A DNA stretch of 64,000 nucleotides, from assembly GCA_905233255.1 (NCBI GenBank), contig CAJOCN010000004.1:12868-76867 (forward strand), given 5' to 3'. The translations under genes and the position numbers were made by a program. Every line of letters starts with the position of its first letter. Within the stretch, counting starts at the first letter, position 1. Source of the stretch: Paludibacteraceae bacterium (GTDB lineage Bacteria > Bacteroidota > Bacteroidia > Bacteroidales > Paludibacteraceae). Of the stretch, positions 54,934 to 63,677 are shown in pieces. A model generated the notes under the pieces. The model did no database searches, was not told the DNA's origin, and saw nothing but the letters and a program-made list of their open reading frames with translations.

Positions 54934-54954
54934 ACCGACAATGAGTCGGTTTTT
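54934..54954. terminator. Stem-loop ACCGAC-AATGA-GTCGGT followed by T-run (possibly bidirectional)
   Basis: Perfect 6-bp stem. TTTTT follows on the plus strand and ATTTTG on the minus strand, 65 nt downstream of the receptor gene stop. Confidence 0.5.
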
Positions 54955-55018
54955 CATGCAGGTTAAACTGCGGGAGGAAGGCAGCGGGGAAATTGTCGCA
55001 AGATGCGACAAAAGGACT

Positions 55019-57571
55019 TTATTTTCCTCCCACTCCACCTCCTCCGCCGAGACGGGAGGATTCGTCCATGTCGCCCACTTTGCGGTATTTGGTGCGTTGC
55101 TGCTGGCCGAACATCCATGTGACGGAGAGCATGACACGCTGCTGGCGGACGGTGTTCTTATACCACGAATGATAGCCCGGTTGCTGGCCCAAATCATCGG
55201 TTTGGAAACTAAGCGAACGGAGCAGGTCCTGGACGTTGAGATTGAAGATCAAGCCTTTCTGCATCCACATCTTGCGCACGCCGAAGGAGGCAAAATAGGT
55301 ACTCCCGGAGCGGTTATAACCCGTGGTCATAGGCGAGGACCAGTTTCCATCGAGTGTGAGCGTCCAATCCTTGGGCAGATAGGCGGAGAGTGTGCCTCCC
55401 ACATAGCCGTAATGGTTCCTATTCTCATACACCGGCTTCCCATCCGCCTTTTTCTCGTACGACTTGTTGATGAAATGCATCCATCCGGCATTGACCGTTA
55501 GTGCCAGCCATGCGCCAACGATTTGACGATTTGAAGATTTGAGGATTTGAGAATTTGAAGATTGATTATTCTCATCGTTAGAAAATTTCGGCACAAGGGG
55601 AAGTTCAGTGAGCGAGATATTCATGCCGTGGGTGGTACAGGTACCGAAATTCGACCATTGGGAGAGACCTATTCCGTTCGGCAAAATCGTCACTTTGGAG
55701 GAGAACATGTCCTGCGTGTGCGCGAAATTGAAAGTCATGTTGAGGTATTGTGTCCATGAGAAATGCAGCTCCACATCGTTGTTGAACTCCGGCGTGAGGT
55801 TTGTGTTTCCTTTCTGAATCGAATAGGCATCCACATAAGATGTGAAGGGATTGAGCATCCAATAGGACGGACGTTTGATACGCCGCGTATAAGTCGCGGA
55901 GACGGTTATCGGCTGTTGGAGTTTGCCAAGCGGTATGGTCGTATAGCCGATATAGGCGGTCGGGAAGGGGTCAAAATAGGTCTTGTTGATGACCGAATCC
56001 AATCCTCCGTCCCTCCAGTCGCCGTGGGAGAAGGTATATTCGCCGCGAAGTCCAATTTTGACCGACCAGTGCTCTCCGAACTGCTTGCCGACGGATATAT
56101 ATGCCGCCGCGACGTGTTCGTCATAGCGGAAGGCATCGTAATCCGTAGGACGCACTACTCCATTGCGTGTCGAATCGGTCGTCATGTTATTGTCGGTCGA
56201 AGATAGCGCATACTTGACGCCGGCTTCAATCATACCGGTTTTCCAGAACTTGGTCTGGAAGTCCATCTTCGCAGAATAGATATTGACGATTTGCTTGCTT
56301 TTGATGTCAATACCCAGCGCGCTAATACCGTTGAAAGGCTTGTCGTAAGTCGTCTCTTGGAAATTCGAGGAACCGTTGTTGTAGCGGTTGTAGTCGATAT
56401 TGACGGTCAGTTCGCGCTCCAAGTCCTCCGAAAAAGTGTGGGTATAGTTGAGGTTCGCCGTGTGCTGCGGAGCTTTGAGAAGGTTTTGCGAATTGGTCGT
56501 ACTATTCGTCGTATCCGCGCCTTGAATCATATAGGCGTAGTTGAGTCCCGGCACGATGTGCTGATCGACGTTCATGAAGGGCACTTGGAGAATGAAACCA
56601 AGCGTGTTGAGCGAGTCGATATACCAATCGTTACCGAGTTTGAGCATGTAGTACTGGAAAGCGATGTCGTAGTCCGAATAGGAGTAGTTCTTCAATGCCG
56701 GCGTCTCGCGAGAGGACTCAAAATCGATGTCATTCTGCGCAAAGACCTGCGTAAACTGACCGAAAGTATAGGTTTTCTCGCCGCGATAATTGAGGTTGAG
56801 CGAGACCATTTCGTTGTTCAACCAACGTTTGACATCACCGAAATACATGCCGCCGTACGCAGCAGAGAGCATTCCGTTGAGTCCGCGCATCATGTTGCGC
56901 TTGGTCTTGATATTGATGATTCCACCCTGCCCCGAGGCGTCGTATTTGGCGGAGGGGTTGGAGATAATCTCGATTTTCTCAATCGTGTTTCCGTCCGTAC
57001 CGTCGAGCATCGCTTTGAGTTGCTGGCCGGAGAGGTACGAGGGTTTGCCGTCCACGTAGATTTCCACGGATTTGCCGTTGACGGTAATGTTGCCGTCCTT
57101 GTCGATGCGCACACCCGGCGAGCGGCGGAGTATATCGTTGCCGTTGGAACCGGCTGCAAGAGGCGAAGCGGAGACATTGACCACCAGTTTGTCCATCTGG
57201 CGCTCAATAAGCGGTTTCTTCGCCTTCACCTCCACTTCCGCGAGGCGTTCGGTCTCTTCGCGTAGGACGAAATCCGGTCCACCGAATGCCGTCTGATAGC
57301 CGATATAGGAGGCCTGGAGGATGAGATTTGACATTTGAGATTTGACATTCGAGATTTCAATCTCGTATTTGCCTTTTTCATCCGTGATGGCACCGGTGAG
57401 GAGGGTCGAATCCTGCGCGAGGACGGAGATAGTCACAAACGGCATGGCCTCGCCTCGGGAATTAATGACGGAACCTTTGATGGTCTGAGCCGAACAGTGA
57501 GCAGAAAGAGCTGAAAGGGCAAATACCAACACTACCCATAACGCTAATTTTATCGCATCTTTTGTCTTCAT
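55019..57571 (-). CDS. TonB-dependent-receptor-like outer membrane beta-barrel protein with an N-terminal carboxypeptidase-regulatory-like domain
   Basis: Signal peptide, IKGSVINSRGEAMPFVTISV (CarboxypepD_reg-like), plug-like region, long beta-barrel. ATG at 57571 chosen. Two in-frame repeat tracts. Confidence 0.8.
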   Translation of the reverse strand: MKTKDAIKLALWVVLVFALSALSAHCSAQTIKGSVINSRGEAMPFVTISVLAQDSTLLTGAITDEKGKYEIEISNVKSQMSNLILQASYIGYQTAFGGPDFVLREETERLAEVEVKAKKPLIERQMDKLVVNVSASPLAAGSNGNDILRRSPGVRIDKDGNITVNGKSVEIYVDGKPSYLSGQQLKAMLDGTDGNTIEKIEIISNPSAKYDASGQGGIINIKTKRNMMRGLNGMLSAAYGGMYFGDVKRWLNNEMVSLNLNYRGEKTYTFGQFTQVFAQNDIDFESSRETPALKNYSYSDYDIAFQYYMLKLGNDWYIDSLNTLGFILQVPFMNVDQHIVPGLNYAYMIQGADTTNSTTNSQNLLKAPQHTANLNYTHTFSEDLERELTVNIDYNRYNNGSSNFQETTYDKPFNGISALGIDIKSKQIVNIYSAKMDFQTKFWKTGMIEAGVKYALSSTDNNMTTDSTRNGVVRPTDYDAFRYDEHVAAAYISVGKQFGEHWSVKIGLRGEYTFSHGDWRDGGLDSVINKTYFDPFPTAYIGYTTIPLGKLQQPITVSATYTRRIKRPSYWMLNPFTSYVDAYSIQKGNTNLTPEFNNDVELHFSWTQYLNMTFNFAHTQDMFSSKVTILPNGIGLSQWSNFGTCTTHGMNISLTELPLVPKFSNDENNQSSNSQILKSSNRQIVGAWLALTVNAGWMHFINKSYEKKADGKPVYENRNHYGYVGGTLSAYLPKDWTLTLDGNWSSPMTTGYNRSGSTYFASFGVRKMWMQKGLIFNLNVQDLLRSLSFQTDDLGQQPGYHSWYKNTVRQQRVMLSVTWMFGQQQRTKYRKVGDMDESSRLGGGGGVGGK
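55519..55568. repeat. Octamer array GATTTGA(N) x about 6 inside the receptor gene
   Basis: Read directly. Encodes NQSSNSQILKSSNRQIV on the minus strand. Confidence 0.85.
57322..57364. repeat. Heptamer array (GATTTGA CATTTGA GATTTGA CATTCGA GATTTCA) inside the receptor gene
   Basis: Read directly. Encodes EISNVKSQMSNLI on the minus strand, within the N-terminal domain. Confidence 0.85.
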
Positions 57572-57652
57572 AACACGTTTTATTTTGAAATACGGTGCAA
57601 AGGTACTGCCTTTTGTGCAAACGGCATATGAAAAAACGGACATTATGCTTTT

Positions 57653-58513
57653 TCAGGCAAAAAATATAGAGAAATCTTGCGATAAAGGGATGCCGAGGAT
57701 GCGGAACTGCCCCGGCGAGACGCACCCCATCTGCTGAAACTCCAGCGCAGCATGACTCAGATCGTAGTATCCGTGCCGCAAAACGGTAGCCAGGAGATCA
57801 ATCGGTTTGCCCTGCGCGGCTTGCTGCTGCATGTCCTGAATGGTACGATGGAAACGCCTGAGGCGGATGAATTGTTTGGGCGGAACGCCGACGTATTGGC
57901 GGAAGACGCGCAGGAACTGCCGCTCGCCAAGGCACGCCACAGAGGCCATTTCCGCTGCCGAGATACTACCTTTGGCGTCATCGCAAGCGGCGATCACCTT
58001 CCGGATACGGCGGTAGTTGAGGTCTTCCCTCACGGGAATGCGCCCCAAGAAAAAAGCGTCCAACTGCGGCGCGATGTCCTCCGCTTTGAGCGTGGATTTG
58101 AAGATCCGGTCAAGGTGTGTCAGCCCCTCATCGCCGGTTTCACTGACCGTCAGCACTTTGCCGGACAACTGCTGCAAATCCATCCCCGCCAAGATATGCA
58201 TTCCTCCCGGTTCAAAATCCATCATCATTCCTTCGAACCAGCCGCTAAGGGTGGTTAGCCCCTGCGTAGTCTGGTTGGCGCCGAGCAACACCAGTTCGTC
58301 GGATTGCTTTCCGCCGATTTCTATTACGACACTCCGGACAAAGATCAGACTGCCGTAGTTAGGGAGCAGCGGCTGCACGTGCTTGCCGTTCACAAACCGC
58401 GGATCGTCCGCCGGCGGGGTCATGGTATCCGTCGAACCCTCCGCACGCACAAACACGTAGCGGGATATATACGGCCGCAGGGCCTCTGCCGGATAAATAA
58501 TCTGGAAAAACAT
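57653..58513 (-). CDS. AraC family transcriptional regulator
   Basis: C-terminal double-HTH region (ERQFLRVFRQYVGVPPKQFIRLRRF ... HGYYDLSHAALEFQQMGCVSPGQF). Confidence 0.8.
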   Translation of the reverse strand: MFFQIIYPAEALRPYISRYVFVRAEGSTDTMTPPADDPRFVNGKHVQPLLPNYGSLIFVRSVVIEIGGKQSDELVLLGANQTTQGLTTLSGWFEGMMMDFEPGGMHILAGMDLQQLSGKVLTVSETGDEGLTHLDRIFKSTLKAEDIAPQLDAFFLGRIPVREDLNYRRIRKVIAACDDAKGSISAAEMASVACLGERQFLRVFRQYVGVPPKQFIRLRRFHRTIQDMQQQAAQGKPIDLLATVLRHGYYDLSHAALEFQQMGCVSPGQFRILGIPLSQDFSIFFA

Positions 58514-59970
58514 CAGTTCTGCTTCTTTCTGAGATAGATATAGAAGGTAGTGCCTTTGGGCGAAGTGTCGAAGTCAATGCGGCCGCCGGAGCCCTCTACG
58601 ATGTGTTTGGAGATCGCGAGACCAAGGCCGTTTCCGTTGGACTTGGTGGTGAAATTCGGGCGGAAGATACGGGGCTGGATATTCTCGGGAATACCGGTGC
58701 CGTCGTCCGAAATGGATATCTGTATCTCTTTGTCCGAGAAGGAGGGGTTGAGCATGACGATGATGTCCGTGGGCGAGGCTTGCAGGGCGTTGCGGATGAT
58801 GTTGACGAAAACCTGACTGATTTGTTCCTTGTCCGCAAGTACCCCCACTCCGCTGTCCGGACCGATATACCGGATGGGAATCTGCTCGTCGTTCTCGCGC
58901 TGAAGGGTAATGACATTCGACAGTTTCTCGGCGATGTCCACCTCCGTGGTGACTACCTCCGGCTGTTTGGCGAAGGTAGAGAAAGACTGCGCGATGTGCG
59001 CGAGGTTGTCGATCTCGTCTATCAGCATTTTCGTAGTGCGGTTGAAGTACTCGTCAAACTGGTCTGTGCCGTGCTTGAGTTGGAGCTTCTGTACCGACAG
59101 TTTCATGGGCGTCAAGGGGTTGTTGATCTCATGTGCAATCTGGCGTGCCATGGTTCGCCACGCGCCTTCGCGTTCCGCCCGTGCCAGTTGCTCCGCACTC
59201 TCTTCCACCTGATCCACCAAGAGGTTGTACCTCTCCACCAATGCACCCAACTCATCGTGGTACGGGTAGTCGATATGATTATCCCGTCCGCCGATCTCAA
59301 ACCGCCGCATCTTATCCGTCAGGACCTTCAGCGGCGAAGTGATGGAACGGGTAGCGAGGTATGAGAAAATGAGCGAGAGCACCAATGCAATCAGGTACAC
59401 GGGGATCAGGAGCGAGAGCAACTCCCGCAGCTGGGCGTTCCGGGTCTGCTCGCTCAGGAAATAAGGGACGGCAATATAGCCGATTGTCACGAATGCTCCG
59501 TTATGGAACGGCAGGTAAGCTATCAAGTACGGTTGTTCATTAATCTGCTCGTAACAAAGGGCTATATGGTCGTCCGAAAAGAAGGGTTTGTCGATACTCA
59601 GGCTCCGCGAGAGGGCTCCGCCGTCGAAGAGCTGGGGCGAGGAAGAGGCGAGCAGTTCGCCGTTGAGCGAATAGACGTGCAAGTCCTGCTGCATGTCGAT
59701 ACTCAGGTCCCGAAGGTCGATAGACAGTCCCTCCGCCTGGTTCGGAGCAAGCGCGACATCCCAGTAATAAAGGGACCTCAGATAAGACTGAATGTACTCC
59801 GCGCGGGTGATCAGTTCGTGCCGCTGCTGCTGCGCCACGCTCCAATAGACATAGCGGATGGACATCCCCAACATAAACAGGAAGATGATCGTCACGCACG
59901 CAAAAACGACGTACATGATACGCGTAGAGATGGGTCTGTTACGCAGCGATATTTTGAATTTCTCCGCCAT
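58513..59970 (-). CDS. Sensor histidine kinase (NtrY-like H-box), two TM segments
   Basis: H-box IAHEINNPLTPM, N-box NIIRNALQA, G-boxes DDGTGIP and GNGLGLAI. No adjacent response regulator. Confidence 0.85.
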   Translation of the reverse strand: MAEKFKISLRNRPISTRIMYVVFACVTIIFLFMLGMSIRYVYWSVAQQQRHELITRAEYIQSYLRSLYYWDVALAPNQAEGLSIDLRDLSIDMQQDLHVYSLNGELLASSSPQLFDGGALSRSLSIDKPFFSDDHIALCYEQINEQPYLIAYLPFHNGAFVTIGYIAVPYFLSEQTRNAQLRELLSLLIPVYLIALVLSLIFSYLATRSITSPLKVLTDKMRRFEIGGRDNHIDYPYHDELGALVERYNLLVDQVEESAEQLARAEREGAWRTMARQIAHEINNPLTPMKLSVQKLQLKHGTDQFDEYFNRTTKMLIDEIDNLAHIAQSFSTFAKQPEVVTTEVDIAEKLSNVITLQRENDEQIPIRYIGPDSGVGVLADKEQISQVFVNIIRNALQASPTDIIVMLNPSFSDKEIQISISDDGTGIPENIQPRIFRPNFTTKSNGNGLGLAISKHIVEGSGGRIDFDTSPKGTTFYIYLRKKQN

Positions 59971-59987
59971 AATTATATTTTAGCACG

Positions 59988-60035
59988 CAAAGGTACTAAA
60001 AAATTTGCATATGTGCAAAAAAAAGTGTACCTTTG
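59988..60035. promoter_or_regulatory. Compact 48-bp bidirectional promoter (minus: histidine kinase; plus: His-rich membrane protein)
   Basis: Minus strand: -7 CAAAggTA at 59988-59995 and -33 CAAA at 60016-60019. Plus strand: -33 TTTG at 60004-60007 and -7 TAccTTTG at 60028-60035. Same geometry as 33197-33244. Confidence 0.6.
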
Positions 60036-60062
60036 CACGCTTTTTCGTAAAAAACAGGTACA

Positions 60063-60794
60063 ATGATACAACTTTTCACGGCATTGCTATTGGGATTGCT
60101 GACTATTTTAGACCCTTGCACACTGATGACGAGCATCACCGCCATCAGTTATATCGACAAGGAAATCAATAACAAACGAATGGTTCTGACGAACGGTCTT
60201 ATGTTCGTTCTGGGCAAACTGGCGACGTATATTCTGCTCAGTATTCCATTCCTTGCCGGCGCGCAGACAGAAGGAATCCAGCACGTGCTTTCGCATTGGG
60301 GCGAACCGATTCTGGCGGGTTTCATGCTCATCTGCGGCTTGGTGCTCCTTTTCAGCGGTCATCACCACCACGAGCACGACCACGGCATCAGCAAATGGCT
60401 CAAAGACACGGACAGCAAAGAGAGTTGGCTCTGGTCGTTCATACTCGGTATTTTCTTTGCAATCGCTTTCTGTCCTCACCGTCTGGTCTATTTCCTGACG
60501 ATGATCGATATCACCCTCACGCTACCAGGTTCCTGGAACTGGCTCATGCCCGTTGTTTTCGGCCTCGGAACGGGTCTGCCTATCATGCTGATTGCGTGGC
60601 TGGTAAGCTACAGCGCGGTGAGTATCGGCAAGCTGACCAGCAAGATGCAGAGTTTCGAGAAATGGTTTAGGCACATCTGCGCAGTACTGTTTATCGTCTT
60701 GGGATGCTATCTGGCAGTTCATTGCGTCATTGAGTACCACGAACACGAGCACAATGGTAGTTGCCACCATTGTGAATTGAGATTTGATATTTGA
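60063..60794 (+). CDS. DsbD_2/CcdA-like polytopic membrane protein with His-rich loops (putative metal or thiol-redox transporter)
   Basis: LLGLLTILDPCTLMT opening typical of DsbD_2-like proteins. GHHHHEHDHG loop and C-terminal EYHEHEHNGSCHHCE. Confidence 0.5.
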   Translation: MIQLFTALLLGLLTILDPCTLMTSITAISYIDKEINNKRMVLTNGLMFVLGKLATYILLSIPFLAGAQTEGIQHVLSHWGEPILAGFMLICGLVLLFSGHHHHEHDHGISKWLKDTDSKESWLWSFILGIFFAIAFCPHRLVYFLTMIDITLTLPGSWNWLMPVVFGLGTGLPIMLIAWLVSYSAVSIGKLTSKMQSFEKWFRHICAVLFIVLGCYLAVHCVIEYHEHEHNGSCHHCELRFDI

Positions 60795-60807
60795 GATTTG
60801 AGATTGG
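60774..60807. repeat. Heptamer array (AATTGAG ATTTGAT ATTTGAG ATTTGAG ATTGG)
   Basis: Spans the last codons and stop of the upstream gene, and ends at the ATG of trmN6 (60808). Confidence 0.85.
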
Positions 60808-61554
60808 ATGGCTTCGGAGGGTTTTCAGTTCAAGCAGTTCTTTGTGGCACATGACCGCTGTGCGATGAAAGTCGGCACGGACGGCGTGTTGTTAGGCGCG
60901 TGGGCTCCGATAGATTTCAATATTTCTTCATTTACAAATTTTCGCATTCTCGATGCCGGAACGGGCAGCGGGTTGATTGCTATGATGCTTGCGCAGCGAT
61001 TCCAACAGGCGCAGATAGATGCCATAGATATCGATGAAGCAGCAGTGGACCAAGCCGCAGACAATTTCCGCTCTTCCCCTTGGTCAGAACGATTACATGC
61101 CTATTGCGCCAAATTGCAGGAATGGCAGGGGTGCTACAACCTCGTTGTATCTAACCCGCCCTATTTCCAAAACAGCCTCAAGAACCCCGACAAAGCGCGT
61201 GAGTTAGCGCGGCACACCGACACACTCAGTTACACGGAGCTGCTCCGTCACAGCGCACAGTTGTTGCGTGAGGAAGGGCGGCTGAGCCTTATTCTGCCCG
61301 CCGAGACGGAAGAGGAAGTATGCACTCTGGCGGCAAAAGAGGGATTTGTCCTCACGCGCGTCACGCGCGTTTATAGTAAGGAGTCCAAACCGGCGCGGAG
61401 GATTTTATTAGCCTTCGAGAAATCGACATCTCGACATGACGGCATAACGACATCTCGACATCTCGTCCCCATCGAAGACACACTCGTTTTAGAGGATGAC
61501 AAAAGCGGGCGTTCCGCCGCCTACCGGGAAATAACAAAGGACTTCTACCTATAG
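60808..61554 (+). CDS. trmN6: tRNA1(Val) (adenine37-N6)-methyltransferase (YfiC/TrmN6)
   Basis: FQFKQFFVAHDRCAMKVGTDGVLLGAW opening, DAGTGSGLIA SAM motif, SNPPYF catalytic motif. Has an in-frame octamer tract near the C-terminus. Confidence 0.85.
   Translation: MASEGFQFKQFFVAHDRCAMKVGTDGVLLGAWAPIDFNISSFTNFRILDAGTGSGLIAMMLAQRFQQAQIDAIDIDEAAVDQAADNFRSSPWSERLHAYCAKLQEWQGCYNLVVSNPPYFQNSLKNPDKARELARHTDTLSYTELLRHSAQLLREEGRLSLILPAETEEEVCTLAAKEGFVLTRVTRVYSKESKPARRILLAFEKSTSRHDGITTSRHLVPIEDTLVLEDDKSGRSAAYREITKDFYL
61424..61463. repeat. Octamer array (CGACATCT CGACATGA CGGCATAA CGACATCT CGACATCT) inside trmN6
   Basis: Read directly. Encodes STSRHDGITTSRHLV. Confidence 0.8.
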
Positions 61555-61592
61555 GCGGAAGTCCTTTGTATATATCAGCCATGCATGGCTGA

Positions 61593-63116
61593 TTACTTGG
61601 CGACATTGACGGCGCGCACCTCGCGGATGACGGTCACTTTGACCTGCCCCGGATAGGTCATCTCATCCTGGATACGTTTCGCCAGATCGAAGGAGAGGAG
61701 CTCGGTATCCTTATCGGAGATCTTGTCGGCGCCAACGATCACGCGGAGCTCACGGCCCGCCTGCAGCGCGTAGGTCTTCACTACGCCCGGGAAGGACATA
61801 GCCAGATTCTCGAGGTCCTTGAGCCTCTTGACATAGCTCTCCACAATCTCACGGCGGGCACCCGGACGGGCACCGGAGATTGCATCACAAGCCTGTACAA
61901 TCGGCGCAATGAGGGTCGTCATCTCGCACTCGTCGTGGTGTGCCCCCACGGCGTTGCAGATATCGGGTTTCTCGCCGTATTTTTCACACAGTTTCATACC
62001 TAACTCTGCGTGCGGCAGCTCAACATCATCGTCCGCCACCTTACCTATATCGTGCAGCAGTCCGGCACGCTTGGCAGCCTTCACATTGAGGCCCAACTCG
62101 CCCGCCATCGCGGCACAGAGGTTAGCGGTTTCACGGCTGTGCTGGAGCAGGTTCTGACCGTACGACGAACGGTATTTCATCTTACCTACCAGACGCACCA
62201 GCTCGGGGTGCAGACCATGGATGCCCAGGTCGATAGTAGTACGTTTTCCGGTCTCGACGATCTCGTCCTCGACCTGTTTGGTCACCTTGGCAACGACCTC
62301 TTCGATACGCGCGGGGTGGATACGTCCGTCCTGTACCAACTGGTGCAACGCCAGACGCGCTATCTCGCGGCGTACGGGATCGAACGCAGAGAGGGTGATT
62401 GCCTCCGGGGTGTCGTCCACAACGATCTCCACACCGGTAGCCGCCTCGAGCGCGCGGATGTTACGTCCCTCGCGACCGATGATACGACCCTTGACCTCGT
62501 CATTCTCAATATGGAAAACAGAAACGGTGCTCTCTGCCGCAGTCTCGGAAGCCACACGCTGAATGGTCTGGATAATAATCTTCTTGGCCTCTTTGTTCGC
62601 CTCCAGACGCGCGTTGTCCATGATCTCGTTGATATAGGACATAGCGGCTGTCTTGGCCTCGTCACGGAGTGCCTCCACCAGCTGTTTCTTAGCCTCCTCG
62701 GCGGACATTCCGCTCAGTTGCTCGAGTTGTTTCTCCGCCTCGTGGTGCATTTTCTCCACTTCCTGCTGCTTGTAGTCCAGCGCCTGCTGCCGTTGCTCTA
62801 TAGCCTGGGATTTCTGGTTCACTTCGTTGAGGGCACGCTGTACATCTCCCTGACGCTGGTTGAGCTGCTGCTCGCGCTGCTGCAAGCGCTGCTCCTGCTG
62901 CTGTATGCGTTTGTCCTGCTCGCGCACGGCATTGTCGTGCTCCAGCTTGAGGGCGATGAATTTCTCTTTAGCCTCAACAATCTTGTTCTTCTTCACCACT
63001 TCCGCCTCTTCGGTTGCTTTTTTGAGTATGTTGGCAGCCGCAATCCGGGAAATGAGGTAGTAGATTCCTGCTCCAAGCAGAAGGCCTACTACTGCACAAA
63101 TAATTGCTACGATCAT
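61593..63116 (-). CDS. rny: Ribonuclease Y
   Basis: N-terminal TM helix, long coiled coil, KH domain ([15 protein letters not shown]), HD domain (LLHDIGK). Confidence 0.95.
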   Translation of the reverse strand: MIVAIICAVVGLLLGAGIYYLISRIAAANILKKATEEAEVVKKNKIVEAKEKFIALKLEHDNAVREQDKRIQQQEQRLQQREQQLNQRQGDVQRALNEVNQKSQAIEQRQQALDYKQQEVEKMHHEAEKQLEQLSGMSAEEAKKQLVEALRDEAKTAAMSYINEIMDNARLEANKEAKKIIIQTIQRVASETAAESTVSVFHIENDEVKGRIIGREGRNIRALEAATGVEIVVDDTPEAITLSAFDPVRREIARLALHQLVQDGRIHPARIEEVVAKVTKQVEDEIVETGKRTTIDLGIHGLHPELVRLVGKMKYRSSYGQNLLQHSRETANLCAAMAGELGLNVKAAKRAGLLHDIGKVADDDVELPHAELGMKLCEKYGEKPDICNAVGAHHDECEMTTLIAPIVQACDAISGARPGARREIVESYVKRLKDLENLAMSFPGVVKTYALQAGRELRVIVGADKISDKDTELLSFDLAKRIQDEMTYPGQVKVTVIREVRAVNVAK

Positions 63117-63403
63117 TGATTAATGGTTTTTTCGATTTGTTTATTAATTTCTGTGAGTGTCTTTTCTATGGGTTCCAAGCTCTTCTCTCTTGCATCGGAT
63201 TGCAGCGCCACTGCAACCTCCAGCGCCGTGTACATCCACAACTGCTCTGCAGAAGCGTTCGGACGGAGTTTGAGATAGTACCGGAACCTCCTGTTCAACA
63301 GATCCGCCGCGTAGCGATAGTTGGGTTCCTGCTCACGCGGTACATCCAGCCCCACCGAATGGGCGTCCAACTGGAGGTTGATATGTTGTTTGTCGGAAAT
63401 CAT
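63113..63403 (-). CDS. zapA: Cell division protein ZapA
   Basis: 96 aa directly upstream of rny, which is the conserved zapA-rny arrangement. ZapA-like N-terminal beta region followed by a helix. Confidence 0.65.
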   Translation of the reverse strand: MISDKQHINLQLDAHSVGLDVPREQEPNYRYAADLLNRRFRYYLKLRPNASAEQLWMYTALEVAVALQSDAREKSLEPIEKTLTEINKQIEKTINQ

Positions 63404-63675
63404 TTCTTCAGTGCCGCAATCGCTCTGTCCACTTGTGCAATCAGTGCATTAATGCGTTTCATCGCCTCTTCACTCCCCTCTGCATTAGTAAGCGCATTCG
63501 CCATAGCAATACGCTTATTCTTCTGCTGCAACTCCGCTAACTCGCTATGCGTGCGGACCAACTCAGCGCGCTGGTGCTCTATCTCCTCGCGCAGACGCTC
63601 ATTCTCCTCCCGCAACGCCGTGTAGCGTTCCAGGAGAAGATGCACATTTTGCGAAAGGTCGTCCAGCGCCTGCAT
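63400..63675 (-). CDS. Coiled-coil protein (ZapB-like in character)
   Basis: 91 aa, predicted almost entirely helical with heptad-like character. Overlaps the zapA start by 4 nt. Confidence 0.45.
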   Translation of the reverse strand: MQALDDLSQNVHLLLERYTALREENERLREEIEHQRAELVRTHSELAELQQKNKRIAMANALTNAEGSEEAMKRINALIAQVDRAIAALKK

Positions 63676-63677
63676 AC

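Larger units (their letters stand above)
54791..54954 (+). ncRNA. Candidate small RNA (about 165 nt) or small-ORF transcript
   Basis: Bounded by the promoter above and by a stem-loop plus T-run at 54934-54954. Contains a 9-bp hairpin (54808-54827) and three AACTAATCAC(T/C) 11-nt repeats. The only ORF is 31 codons (from 54802). Confidence 0.3.

Noticed and set aside
62010-63119. 369-codon ORF antisense to rny
   Set aside because: Shadow ORF opposite a clear RNase Y (KH plus HD domains). Its sequence is leucine/valine-rich and carries no motifs.
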